NCBI GenBank assembly: GCA_963695545.1 | Contig: OY968796.1 | Location: 1,376,001-1,440,000, forward strand | Direction of reading: 5' to 3' | Source: Terriglobia bacterium | Lineage (GTDB): Bacteria; Acidobacteriota; Terriglobia; Acidiferrales; UBA7541 | Length of the DNA: 64,000 nucleotides | Program-made: the position numbers and the translations under genes | Notes under the pieces: model-generated | Databases searched by the model: none | What the model was told of the DNA's origin: nothing | What the model saw: only the letters and a program-made list of their open reading frames with translations | Shown here: positions 1-8,841 of the stretch, piece by piece | Position numbering within the stretch: the stretch's first letter is position 1 | Layout of the letters: every line of letters starts with the position of its first letter

Positions 1-31
1 CGCCGCTCGTATGCTTCTCCGTCGTTTTCAT
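1..31 (-). CDS. 5' end of next gene in efflux operon (probably RND membrane-fusion subunit), truncated by window edge
   Basis: ATG at 31 overlaps the TolC stop (ATGA coupling); reads MKTTEKHTSG. Product inferred from operon context only. Confidence 0.35.
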   Translation of the reverse strand, partial: MKTTEKHTSG

Positions 32-1320
32 GGCAAAGACCTCGTTCCCACCGCTTCGCGAAGCTGCTCGAGCGCCACCAGATACGCCGCCAGCGACTGG
101 CGATAGGAAAGCTGCGTCGCGCGATAGCTGCGCTCCGCATCCAGAAAGTCCAGCAGGCTCGCCGCGCCGCGCCGGTAAGCGTATTCGCTGATGTCGCGGT
201 CTTGTTTCGCGTCGTCCAGGTAGCCCGAACGATAGATGGTCACAATTTGATCGTTCGATTGCAGCGCTTCGTAAGCGTCTCTCACGTCGGTCAGCACTTG
301 CCCGTTCGCCAAATCCTGCATCTCTTGCGCTTGCGTGATGGCGAAGTGCGTGCGCGCGATCTCGCCCTGATTGCGGTCGAAAATCGGAAGCTGCATGCTG
401 CCGAACAACGAGGCCGAACTCACGTCGGCCACATGCGTGTAATTGATCTGCCCCGTGATATCGCGTTTCCCATTGGCCTTCGCCAGCGCGTACTCGCCGT
501 TCGCCAGCGTCACGCCTTGCTGCGCCTCGCGCAGATCCGGCCGCGTCTCGAGCGCCTTCGCCTGCAAATCCTCCAGGTTCGCTTTCAGCGGCTGATAATC
601 GAAATCGTCAGCCACGTCGTAATCCGCGGAAACCGATTCGTATCCCAGCAGCTGCCGCAAATCGGAAAGCCCTTGCACTTTCGCCAGCTCCGCTTGCGAC
701 ACATCCGTTTGGAATTGCAGCAATTGCAGTTTGATCTTCAAATAATCGTCGTCGCTCATGTCGCCGGCTTTGTAGCGCGCGGCGCTGATGTCCACCGTAT
801 CCTGAAAACTTTTCAAATCTGCCTGTGCCAGCGCCAGCGTCGATTCCGCCAGTTGCACGTTGATGTATTGCGACGCCACCTGGAACGTGATCGTGCGTTC
901 GTTGTCAGCTACCGTCGAGCGCGTCACGGCTGTTTGATCTTGCGCCGCCGCAAGACGATGCTGCCGCTTCTTCCCGCGCTCGAACAAATAGCTGATGCCC
1001 AGGTCGAACTGCGCGTCGTCGTCGATATACGTCGAACTGAATTGGTTCGGCTGAAAAATCGGAATAAATTGCGCATCGCCCAGCAGCACCGGATCGGGCC
1101 GCAGGTTCGCGGTGATCTCCTCCGCCTGGCTCTGGTCGATCGTCGAACGGTCGGCCAGCAAATTGTGATTGTGAGCCAGCGCCATTTGAATCGCTTCATC
1201 TAGCGTGATCCGCACCGGTCCCTGCGTCTGCGCTCCCAGTGTTTGCGCGCCGCCCAGAACGGCGAAGCACACGCCCACTGCAATCGCGAAACTCGATAAC
1301 CACACGCGCTTGGCGTTCAT
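28..1320 (-). CDS. TolC/CzcC-family outer membrane efflux protein
   Basis: Signal peptide, 'ITLDEAIQMALAHN' start, two OEP repeats, 'LPIFDRNQG', 'YRRGAASLLDFLDAER'. ATG 1320 chosen for AAGGA SD (ORF track starts at 1356). Confidence 0.9.
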   Translation of the reverse strand: MNAKRVWLSSFAIAVGVCFAVLGGAQTLGAQTQGPVRITLDEAIQMALAHNHNLLADRSTIDQSQAEEITANLRPDPVLLGDAQFIPIFQPNQFSSTYIDDDAQFDLGISYLFERGKKRQHRLAAAQDQTAVTRSTVADNERTITFQVASQYINVQLAESTLALAQADLKSFQDTVDISAARYKAGDMSDDDYLKIKLQLLQFQTDVSQAELAKVQGLSDLRQLLGYESVSADYDVADDFDYQPLKANLEDLQAKALETRPDLREAQQGVTLANGEYALAKANGKRDITGQINYTHVADVSSASLFGSMQLPIFDRNQGEIARTHFAITQAQEMQDLANGQVLTDVRDAYEALQSNDQIVTIYRSGYLDDAKQDRDISEYAYRRGAASLLDFLDAERSYRATQLSYRQSLAAYLVALEQLREAVGTRSLP

Positions 1321-1430
1321 AGTCACGTTCCTTTGATTCTTCACAATTTCTTGCAAGGCTGATGTGCACCGCGCGCTCCCCTAAAACGAACCGGGGGCCG
1401 CTGTGCCGGAAGGCGCTCGACTGCGAGGAT

Positions 1431-1745
1431 CTACGCGATCGGGGGTGCGCGTGAAGATGTGGGGAAAAGCCCTGGAGAGACGTACAGGATCGCTTCCGCT
1501 TGCCCTGCCAGCGCCACAACATGCCGCGAGACAACGAAGGAAGGTTGCGCCACAGGCCCGGTCACCGGCATGTGCGCGACCTGGCAGACCGGGCAAGCCG
1601 ACGCGGCGTTCGGATCGTCGTGGTGCCACAGCCCGCCGGCGGCCAGGAAACAAACCAGCGCAGCAAACGCCGCAATCAGCAGCACGCGTTGCTTAATCAC
1701 ACCGCGCGGCGCGCGTTGCCTCGACGGATTGTCGTGATGCTTCAT
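1431..1745 (-). CDS. DUF2946-like leader protein with CxxC and C-terminal RAPP motif
   Basis: Hydrophobic helix, 'HHDD...CPVCQVAH', ends 'SSRAPPIA'; directly upstream of TolC gene. Confidence 0.75.
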   Translation of the reverse strand: MKHHDNPSRQRAPRGVIKQRVLLIAAFAALVCFLAAGGLWHHDDPNAASACPVCQVAHMPVTGPVAQPSFVVSRHVVALAGQAEAILYVSPGLFPTSSRAPPIA

Positions 1746-1859
1746 CGAATTCCCAGGAAAGAAAGCCGCTCACCGACGGAAGCGGTAAACCTTGATTCTA
1801 CACTAGATGTCGCCACGCCCTGCCGGGTTGCGCAGTTTGTGCCCGTCCCGCCACGGTGG

Positions 1860-2150
1860 TTAAGCCGAATGGCGCAGCGCGCGTTCCACCAGCTCCAGAC
1901 ACCGCTCCGCGCGCTGCCGAACCGCGCCGTCCTGCCCTTCGCGGCCCTGCCGCAGCGCCTCAAGCTCGTCCGCAATCGCGAGCGCCGCCAGCACCGCCAC
2001 GCGCACCGAGTCCACCGTGCCCGTCGTGCGCGCCACGTCGCGCATCTTCGCATCCACCAGACGCGCCAATTTCTCGACGTACGCCGAATCCAGCTCCCCG
2101 GCGATGGTGTACTGCTGATCGTAGATTTCGACTTTGACGCGATGCGACAC
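1860..2150 (-). CDS. zapA: Cell division protein ZapA
   Basis: 'VKVEIYDQQYTIAG...YVEKLARLVDAKM...RVAVLAALAIADEL'; follows pheT; GTG start at 2150 inferred. Confidence 0.88.
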   Translation of the reverse strand: MSHRVKVEIYDQQYTIAGELDSAYVEKLARLVDAKMRDVARTTGTVDSVRVAVLAALAIADELEALRQGREGQDGAVRQRAERCLELVERALRHSA

Positions 2151-2261
2151 GAGGCACTCACTCCCGGGCGGGGCCCCGCCATTCTCCGGCCGCCGCACCC
2201 CGGAAACAAGCAAAACATTCGGCACCCCAGCAGCCTTGCATGCAGGTTTCTTTTCGGTTTG

Positions 2262-2285
2262 TGTAGCGGAGGCCTTCGGGCCTCC
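2262..2285 (+). repeat. REP family A copy (TGTAGCGGAGGCCTTCGGGCCTCC)
   Basis: GTAG tetranucleotide plus hairpin; one mismatch to copies at 11935 and 15697. Confidence 0.85.
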
Positions 2286-2359
2286 AGCCTTTGCGCGACG
2301 CTAATATTTACGGAAATCTGCGCTCTCGGTTACAAACCCTCGCTCGCGCAATCGCAATC

Positions 2360-4441
2360 CTACGCCACGCGTAACTTAGCCCCCACCGATTCCAGCGCCC
2401 GCACAATCCGCGAGCTCGCCTCCGCCATCTGCGCGTCCGTCAATGTCGCGTCGTAACTCTGAAATGTCACGCGGATCAGCAAAGAGTGATGCCCCTCGGG
2501 CAATCCCTTGCCGCGGAACAAATCGACCGCCTGCACGCTCACAATCTCCGCGATCCCCAGCGCCCGAATCGCGTCCGCCAACCGCCCAAACGCTGTGCCA
2601 TCGGCCAGCAAAAGCGAAAAATCGCGCTCCACGGCGGGATATCGCGAAATCGGTCGATAGCGCCGCCGCGCGCGCTCCGCGCTGTAAGCCGCATAGAGCG
2701 GATCGAGCGCCAACTCCGCCAGAAAAACATCCTGGCGAATTTTCAATCGCTCGGCCACCTGCCGCGCGAGTTGACCCGCGCAGCCCAGCGTGCCGGCACC
2801 ATCGGCGAGCGCAATGGTCGCCGCACCCCGCATTTCAAGCCACACTGGCCCACCCGCGCTCCAGCTGAAACCTCCGGCCAATTCGCCCGCGCGATCGAGA
2901 TCGCCCTTCAAATCTTCAAAGCGAAATTCGCGCTCGCCTTCGATAACGCTTTTCTCCCGCGCCAGGCCCGTCGCGCCGAGTGTCAAAATGCGCGTCTCCA
3001 CCGGCGCCGTGCCGTCCCACGCGTAACGCCGGCCGATTTCAAACAGCCGCACATCACGTTGCCCGTGGTTCAAATTCCATTCAAGGGTCGCCGCCATGCT
3101 CACCGCGCCCGTCGAGCGCAGCAGCGAAGCATCCTCGGCGATGGGATTCGCGATGCGCACCGGCGTGGTATCGGCCGCGCGGAAAATCGCGTCGCGCTCC
3201 GCGTCCACGTGCGTAATCGTGATGATCTCGCGGTACCCAAGCCCAATCAGCAATCCGCGCAACTGATCTTCATCTTCCGCGTGCGCCTGGCGCGCCGCCG
3301 GCAGTTTGGCCGCCGGCAGCCGCGCAGGAAACCGCTCGAGGCCATATTGCCGCGCCACTTCCTCGATCAAATCCACTTCTCGCGTCACGTCGCCGCGCCA
3401 CGATGGCCGGCGGCACTCCCAAGCCGCCATCAGCGAACCGGCGCTCCCGCGCGAGGTATCCACACGCACGGGTTCAGACCCGAGCGCTTTCAGAATCCGT
3501 TCGATATCGCGGTCCGGCACATCCGCGCCCAGAATGCGCAGCAACTCCCGCCGCGTAAGTTCAAGCTGCACAGCCCGTGGCTTCGTCGGATAAATGTCTA
3601 CCACGCCTGAAAGCACTTCGCCCCCCGCGGTTTGCTGAATCAATTCCGCGCACCGCCGTGAGGCAAGCTCAGCCGTTTCCGGATCCACTCCGCGCTCGAA
3701 TCTCTGCGAAGCCTCCGTGCGCAGCCCAAGCCGCTTCGCTGTGCGCCTCACTGAGATCGCATCGAACCACGCGCATTCAAGAAGAATATTGCGTGTGCCC
3801 GCCGAAATTTGCGTTTCCGCTCCGCCCATCACCCCGCCGATAGCCACCGCGCGCCGCGCGTCGGCGATCACGCACATTTCGGCGGACAACTTGCGCTCGA
3901 GCCCATCCAGCGTGCGCATGGTTTCGCCGGCGCGCGCGCGCCGCACGATGATTCTTTTTTCCGCCAATGTGTCGACGTCGAACGCGTGCAGCGGATTCCC
4001 CAGCTCGAACATCACGTAATTCGTCGCGTCCACCACATTGTTGATGGAAGTTTGTCCGATGGCTTCTAGTCGCCCGCGCAGCCAATCCGGCGAAGGACCG
4101 ATCTTCACTCCACGCAGCACACGCGCCGTGTATCGCCCGCACAATTCCGGGCATTCGATCTCCACGCGCACCGCTGCCGCGGCGCCATCGTGAACTTCGC
4201 GCAACTCCGGCGCCGGTGTTCGCAGCGGCACGCTGTAAAGCGCCGCCGCCTCGCGCGCGAGTCCGTGGTGGCTCATGCAATCGCCGCGATTCGCCGTCAG
4301 TTCGACGTCCAGCACAGGCCCCGCCGCGCTCGGTTCGATCGCGTCGACCGCCGTGCCCGAAAGCGAAAAACGCGCGCGCAGCTCTTCGGGCGAAGCAGTG
4401 AGCTGCGCAAATTCCTTCATCCAGTCGTAAAGGAGTTTCAT
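2360..4441 (-). CDS. pheT: Phenylalanine--tRNA ligase beta subunit (short, 693 aa)
   Basis: 'MKLLYDW', 'ELTANRGDCMSHHGLARE', B3/4 'INNVVDATNYVM', B5 'REVDLIEEVAR', FDX-ACB C-terminus; ATGA overlap with pheS. Confidence 0.96.
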   Translation of the reverse strand: MKLLYDWMKEFAQLTASPEELRARFSLSGTAVDAIEPSAAGPVLDVELTANRGDCMSHHGLAREAAALYSVPLRTPAPELREVHDGAAAAVRVEIECPELCGRYTARVLRGVKIGPSPDWLRGRLEAIGQTSINNVVDATNYVMFELGNPLHAFDVDTLAEKRIIVRRARAGETMRTLDGLERKLSAEMCVIADARRAVAIGGVMGGAETQISAGTRNILLECAWFDAISVRRTAKRLGLRTEASQRFERGVDPETAELASRRCAELIQQTAGGEVLSGVVDIYPTKPRAVQLELTRRELLRILGADVPDRDIERILKALGSEPVRVDTSRGSAGSLMAAWECRRPSWRGDVTREVDLIEEVARQYGLERFPARLPAAKLPAARQAHAEDEDQLRGLLIGLGYREIITITHVDAERDAIFRAADTTPVRIANPIAEDASLLRSTGAVSMAATLEWNLNHGQRDVRLFEIGRRYAWDGTAPVETRILTLGATGLAREKSVIEGEREFRFEDLKGDLDRAGELAGGFSWSAGGPVWLEMRGAATIALADGAGTLGCAGQLARQVAERLKIRQDVFLAELALDPLYAAYSAERARRRYRPISRYPAVERDFSLLLADGTAFGRLADAIRALGIAEIVSVQAVDLFRGKGLPEGHHSLLIRVTFQSYDATLTDAQMAEASSRIVRALESVGAKLRVA

Positions 4442-5544
4442 GGGAACTGGCGCAGAAAACGCGCGTCGTTCTGGAAAAATAACTGCATGTCGTCCAAACC
4501 GTACTTCAGCATCGCGAGACGTTCGACGCCGAGGCCAAACGCGAAACCCGACAGTCCCTTCGCGTCGTATCCGACAAATCCATAAACCGCTGGATCCACC
4601 ATCCCCGCGCCGAATAACTCGATCCAGCCCGAGAATTTGCACACGCGGCATCCCGCGCCGCCGCACAAATGGCAGCTCGCATCCACTTCCACCGACGGTT
4701 CGGTGAACGGGAAATAACTCGGACGCAATCTTGTTTTAATCGTTGGCCCTAGGAACTGACCGACGAAATATTCCACCGTACCCTTGAAGTCGCAGAATGT
4801 GATGTCGGAATCCACAGCCAGGCCTTCGATCTGATGAAACATGTAACCGTGTGTCGCGTCGGGATTGTCGCGGCGATAAACTTTTCCGGGCACGATGATG
4901 CGCACGGGCGGAGGCTGTTTTTCCATGGTGCGGATTTGCACCGGCGAAGTGTGCGTGCGCAGCACGTATTCGCCCGCGCCGGGCGGCGGCGCGATATAGA
5001 ACGTATCCATCGCGTCGCGCGCGGGATGGTGCTCGGGAATATTCAGCGCCTCGAAGTTGTAATACGGCGTCTCAATCTCCGGCCCTTCCACCACCGTGTA
5101 GCCGATCGAAAGAAAAATCCGCTCAATCTCTTCAAACGTTTGCCGAAGCGGATGCCGCGAGCCGACCGGCCGTTCCACACCCGGCAATGAAAGGTCCACG
5201 CGATCGCGCGCGGCCGCCGCTTGCCCTGCCGCCGAGTCGATCTGCGCTCGCGCATCTTTAAGCGCCTGCTCGACGTGCGCCTTGAGCGCGTTCAGTTCCT
5301 GGCCGACCGCTCGCTTCAATTCCGGCGATGCCGGCTTCAGCCAATTCTCGCCGATGCGCGTGAGCACGCTCGATTTCCGTCCGAGCCACGCGACGTGCAA
5401 CCGATCCCAATTCGCGGCGTCCGCAATCGACGCCGTCTCGCTCGCGAATTGCTGCTTCACGTCCGCGAACAGGTGCGCCACGCCCGCGGCGTCGGACACG
5501 CCTAGTTCGGCAAGCGTCTTCGTTGTCGGGTCTTCGTGCGCCAT
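4438..5544 (-). CDS. pheS: Phenylalanine--tRNA ligase alpha subunit
   Basis: 'HPARDAMDTFY', 'LRTHTSPVQ', 'FPFTEPS', 'GFAFGLGVERLAM'. Confidence 0.98.
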   Translation of the reverse strand: MAHEDPTTKTLAELGVSDAAGVAHLFADVKQQFASETASIADAANWDRLHVAWLGRKSSVLTRIGENWLKPASPELKRAVGQELNALKAHVEQALKDARAQIDSAAGQAAAARDRVDLSLPGVERPVGSRHPLRQTFEEIERIFLSIGYTVVEGPEIETPYYNFEALNIPEHHPARDAMDTFYIAPPPGAGEYVLRTHTSPVQIRTMEKQPPPVRIIVPGKVYRRDNPDATHGYMFHQIEGLAVDSDITFCDFKGTVEYFVGQFLGPTIKTRLRPSYFPFTEPSVEVDASCHLCGGAGCRVCKFSGWIELFGAGMVDPAVYGFVGYDAKGLSGFAFGLGVERLAMLKYGLDDMQLFFQNDARFLRQFP

Positions 5545-5561
5545 CGGGAGTCCCGCGCGCT

Positions 5562-5945
5562 TCAGGCTTTCTTCTTGGGCTTCGCGGGCGCAGGCGCGTG
5601 CTGCTTGGCTTGCGCCGCGAATTCGGCGAATGTCGCCGCATCCTTCACGGCCAGATCGGCCAGGATTTTGCGGTCCACCACCACGCCGGCCGCTTTCAAT
5701 CCGTGCATCAACTGGCTATACGACATGCCGTTTAAGCGAGCGCCGGCGCCGATGCGCTGGATCCACAGCCGGCGGAATTGCCGCTTCTTATTGCGTCGAT
5801 CGCGATACGCGAAGCGATCGGCGCGATTGGCGGCCTCCTGCGCGGATTGAAACAGTTTCGATTTTGTGAGGAAAAATCCTTTGGTGCGCTTCAGGTATTT
5901 CTTGCGGCGCGCGCGCCGCTTGGTACCGCGTTTTACTCGTGCCAT
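5562..5945 (-). CDS. rplT: 50S ribosomal protein L20
   Basis: 'MARVKRG...[20 protein letters not shown]'; GGAG SD before ATG 5945. Confidence 0.97.
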   Translation of the reverse strand: MARVKRGTKRRARRKKYLKRTKGFFLTKSKLFQSAQEAANRADRFAYRDRRNKKRQFRRLWIQRIGAGARLNGMSYSQLMHGLKAAGVVVDRKILADLAVKDAATFAEFAAQAKQHAPAPAKPKKKA

Positions 5946-6226
5946 TTCATCGTCTCCTGCGAGGAGAGCACACGTCGGACGGATTTCTCCGCCCAGCGGC
6001 GTCTCCACGGCGTGTTAGGAATGCAGCCCGAAATTTCCGGACTGCGAATCGCCCCGAATCACGCGCTGATAATTCCGCGCGGATCAGAGCGGCCGGCCGG
6101 CAGGCCCGTCGTGGCGGGATGCGCGCTGCCTGGCGCGGCAAAAAATCTTTCGAGCGCGTGGCGCTCGTCGCGTGAAAGTTCCCAGCAAGGGAAACTTTCG
6201 CGGAAAATATTTCCGCGCGTGCGCCC

Positions 6227-6448
6227 TCAGGCGTACGGCAGCATGCGATGAACCTTGGCGGCGTCCGCCGGGCTCACCAGCGTTTGCTTCTTCAGGCGGC
6301 GCATGCGGTTCGGAGATCGCGTGCCCAGCAAGTGCCGCTTGCCCGAATGCATGCGCATCACTTTGCCGCTCGCCGTCACTTTGAATCGCTTGGCGGCGCC
6401 GCGATGCGTCTTCAGTTTGATTTTCTTAACTTTTCTTTGCTTGGACAT
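6227..6448 (-). CDS. rpmI: 50S ribosomal protein L35
   Basis: 'KLKTHRGAAKRFKVTASGK...LPYA'; between infC and rplT. Confidence 0.96.
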   Translation of the reverse strand: MSKQRKVKKIKLKTHRGAAKRFKVTASGKVMRMHSGKRHLLGTRSPNRMRRLKKQTLVSPADAAKVHRMLPYA

Positions 6449-6472
6449 GATTTCAGAATCCTCAAAATTTTT

Positions 6473-7033
6473 TTAATTCGGACTCGCCGCCTTCACGGGT
6501 GCGCCCTTCTTGGGCGCGAGCAGAGCCATCAAGATGTTCGCTTCCATGCGCGGACCGATTTCCACCAGCGCGTGATCCGAAATTTCCGTCAGCAGGCGAT
6601 TCATCTTGGCCCGGCCGACTTCCTGGTGCGCCATTTCCCGGCCGCGATGAAAGATCATCGCCTTCACGCGATGTCCTTCGCCTAGAAATTTGATGATCTG
6701 ATTCTTGCGCACCTGATAATCGTGCTCGGCTGTCGCGGGCCGGAATTTCACTTCCTTAAGTTGCGTCCCCTTCTGGTGGCGCCGCTGCTCGTGCGCCTTT
6801 TTGTTCGTCTGATATAGGTACTTGCCGTAATCCGTAATTTTGCAAACGGGCGGATCGGCTGTGGGCGAAATCTCCACCAGGTCCAGGCCCCGCTCGCGAG
6901 CCAGTTTGAGCGCGTCCTGCGGCTGCATCACGCCCATCTGCCCGCCATCGTCGTCCACCACGCGAATTTCGCGCCCCCAGATGCGCTCATTCACGCGAAT
7001 GCGATCGTTCGGTCGAAAACTCCGTTCAGCGAT
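6473..7033 (-). CDS. infC: Translation initiation factor IF-3 (non-canonical ATC start)
   Basis: 'RVNERI...LDLVEISPTADPPVCKITDYGKYLY...KEVKFRP'; in-frame ATC at 7033 lies 4 nt after GGAGGTGG. Confidence 0.95.
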   Translation of the reverse strand: MAERSFRPNDRIRVNERIWGREIRVVDDDGGQMGVMQPQDALKLARERGLDLVEISPTADPPVCKITDYGKYLYQTNKKAHEQRRHQKGTQLKEVKFRPATAEHDYQVRKNQIIKFLGEGHRVKAMIFHRGREMAHQEVGRAKMNRLLTEISDHALVEIGPRMEANILMALLAPKKGAPVKAASPN

Positions 7034-7133
7034 AAACCCACCTCCCGCGCGGGCTTATGCCCAACGCGGTTCACAATTGGAATCGTTCCACAGACGCTTC
7101 TCCCGGCGCGCACAGCGCAAGGAGCGGACGGCC

Positions 7134-7142
7134 AGTATAGCA
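7134..7142 (-). promoter_or_regulatory. Extended -10 promoter for infC operon
   Basis: TGcTATACT on minus strand ~100 nt upstream of infC start. Confidence 0.5.
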
Positions 7143-7271
7143 CGGCGTCGCAACCCTCCGCCCCGAAGCGATGTCTTTTTGGGCAGCGCGCCGCGCTTCC
7201 TTCCGCCCGGCTCCAACGGCGATATGTTCTAATCGCTTGCACCCGCATTTTTGGAAGCATAGAAAAATAAT

Positions 7272-8807
7272 ATGAGCGTGGCCTCTCAATCCCCTGTACG
7301 TTTCGCGCCGCCCGGAAAAATTCCGTGGCCGCTGGTGATTTCGTTCTTTCTGTTTCTAAATTTCCTTTTCCTGATCGTTTCAACCGGCCGCGTGCACACG
7401 ATCGACGAAGTCTCCGCCGACTATCAAGCCGAAAGCCTGGTTCATCACGGCACGACGGCGGTGCCGCAGGCGGTCGCCTCCAATTGGTTCTACGGGAAAT
7501 TCGACCGCTTCGGTCATCCGCAGAGTCCGTATCCGCCGGGCCAGGCCGTCGCGTCGATTCCCTGGTATCTGCTGGGCCAATTCGCGGCGCGCCACCTTCC
7601 CGGTGTGCCCGTCGTTGCGCGCGATCTCGTGAGCGATCTTTTTCTCACCGGCAGCAGCGCGACGTATTCCGCCCTCGCCGCCACGCTCGCGCTCCTGATA
7701 TTTCTGCGCCTCAACATTTCGATCGACCGATCGCTTGCCGCGGCGGGCATGCTTGCTTTGGCCACGCCGCTCGCTTCGTACTCCGCTTGGTTTTTTTCCG
7801 AGCCACTAGGGGCCGCACTTCTCGTAGGCGCCGCCGTGGCGTTGTTCGCCGGCGACGAAGGCGTTCCCGTCTCCGCCAGCCAAGCGGCCGCAGCCGGAGC
7901 GTTACTCGGCGCCGCGATCTGGGTGCGTCCGACGCATGTTCTCGCCGCGCCGGCGTTTTTGATCGCGCTATTCGTGCGCGATCGCAAGCGAGCCATCGCT
8001 CCCGCCGTCGTGCTCACGGCTATCGTGTGTTTTGCCGGCGCGGCTTATCTCTGGCGCAACATCTATCTGTTCGACAGCCCGTTCGACTTCGGATATCCGC
8101 CGGCCGCGGAAGGCGGCAAGGCTCTCAACACATTCCACACGCCGCTTTCGACTGGGCTTTTCGGCTACCTTTTCTCGCCGGGGAAATCGATATTCGTTTT
8201 CGCGCCGCCTTTGTTGCTGGCGATCGCGGGGCGGCGTTGGCTGTGGCGGCACAGCCGCGGACTCGCGACGGTGGCGTGGCTCGCGCCGGTCACTTACATG
8301 TTGTTCTTCGCGATGTACACGCAATGGGAGGGGGGTTACAGCTACGGGCCGCGCTATCTGGTTCCGGCGCTGGCGCTCGGTGGGTTGGCGGTTGGCCCGG
8401 CGCTCGAGCGGACGGGGCGCTGGGTGCGGCCCACGGCAATCGCGCTGTTCGTCGCGGGATTGTTCGTGCAGGCGATCGGCATTGCGACGAGTTTCCTCGA
8501 AGCGGCGGTCGGAAACTATTACGATGGGACGTACAACTACCGGATGAAGTTTGACCCGGTGTGGTTGCAGGCGCGATTGCTGTGGCACTACGCGACTTCG
8601 CCGGGCGCGGCGCCGATGGGGCGCGGATTCGACCGCTGGTGGCTGCTGCTGGCGAAGGCGGGCGTGTCGCACGAGACGCTGTGGGCCATCGGGCTCACGG
8701 AAATTGCGGGCGCCGTGCTTTCGGGCTACGCGCTGTGGCGCAACTGGAAGCGCAGCGAGAGCGCCGCAGAAGTTTTTGTTCCTGCACACGCAGTGACCGC
8801 GGACTGA
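7272..8807 (+). CDS. Polytopic membrane protein, probable GT-C fold (ArnT/PMT-like) glycosyltransferase
   Basis: Many TM helices, 'DE' after first helix, 'FFSEP', 'GGYSYGPRYLVP'. Confidence 0.6.
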   Translation: MSVASQSPVRFAPPGKIPWPLVISFFLFLNFLFLIVSTGRVHTIDEVSADYQAESLVHHGTTAVPQAVASNWFYGKFDRFGHPQSPYPPGQAVASIPWYLLGQFAARHLPGVPVVARDLVSDLFLTGSSATYSALAATLALLIFLRLNISIDRSLAAAGMLALATPLASYSAWFFSEPLGAALLVGAAVALFAGDEGVPVSASQAAAAGALLGAAIWVRPTHVLAAPAFLIALFVRDRKRAIAPAVVLTAIVCFAGAAYLWRNIYLFDSPFDFGYPPAAEGGKALNTFHTPLSTGLFGYLFSPGKSIFVFAPPLLLAIAGRRWLWRHSRGLATVAWLAPVTYMLFFAMYTQWEGGYSYGPRYLVPALALGGLAVGPALERTGRWVRPTAIALFVAGLFVQAIGIATSFLEAAVGNYYDGTYNYRMKFDPVWLQARLLWHYATSPGAAPMGRGFDRWWLLLAKAGVSHETLWAIGLTEIAGAVLSGYALWRNWKRSESAAEVFVPAHAVTAD

Positions 8808-8841
8808 AAACAAAACCATACGACACCGATTGAGCAGCGCG

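Noticed and set aside
1800..1815. NrdR-box-like ACACTAGATGTCGCCA
   Set aside because: Single copy, no partner at ~31 bp, not upstream of a nucleotide-reduction gene
1746..1859. 6S RNA, often found after zapA
   Set aside because: Only ~114 nt, no long rod-like pairing, and it holds a TAGAAT promoter for the next gene
4442..4666. 75-aa N-terminal extension of pheT in the ORF track
   Set aside because: Overlaps pheS in another frame; conserved PheT start and ATGA coupling are at 4441
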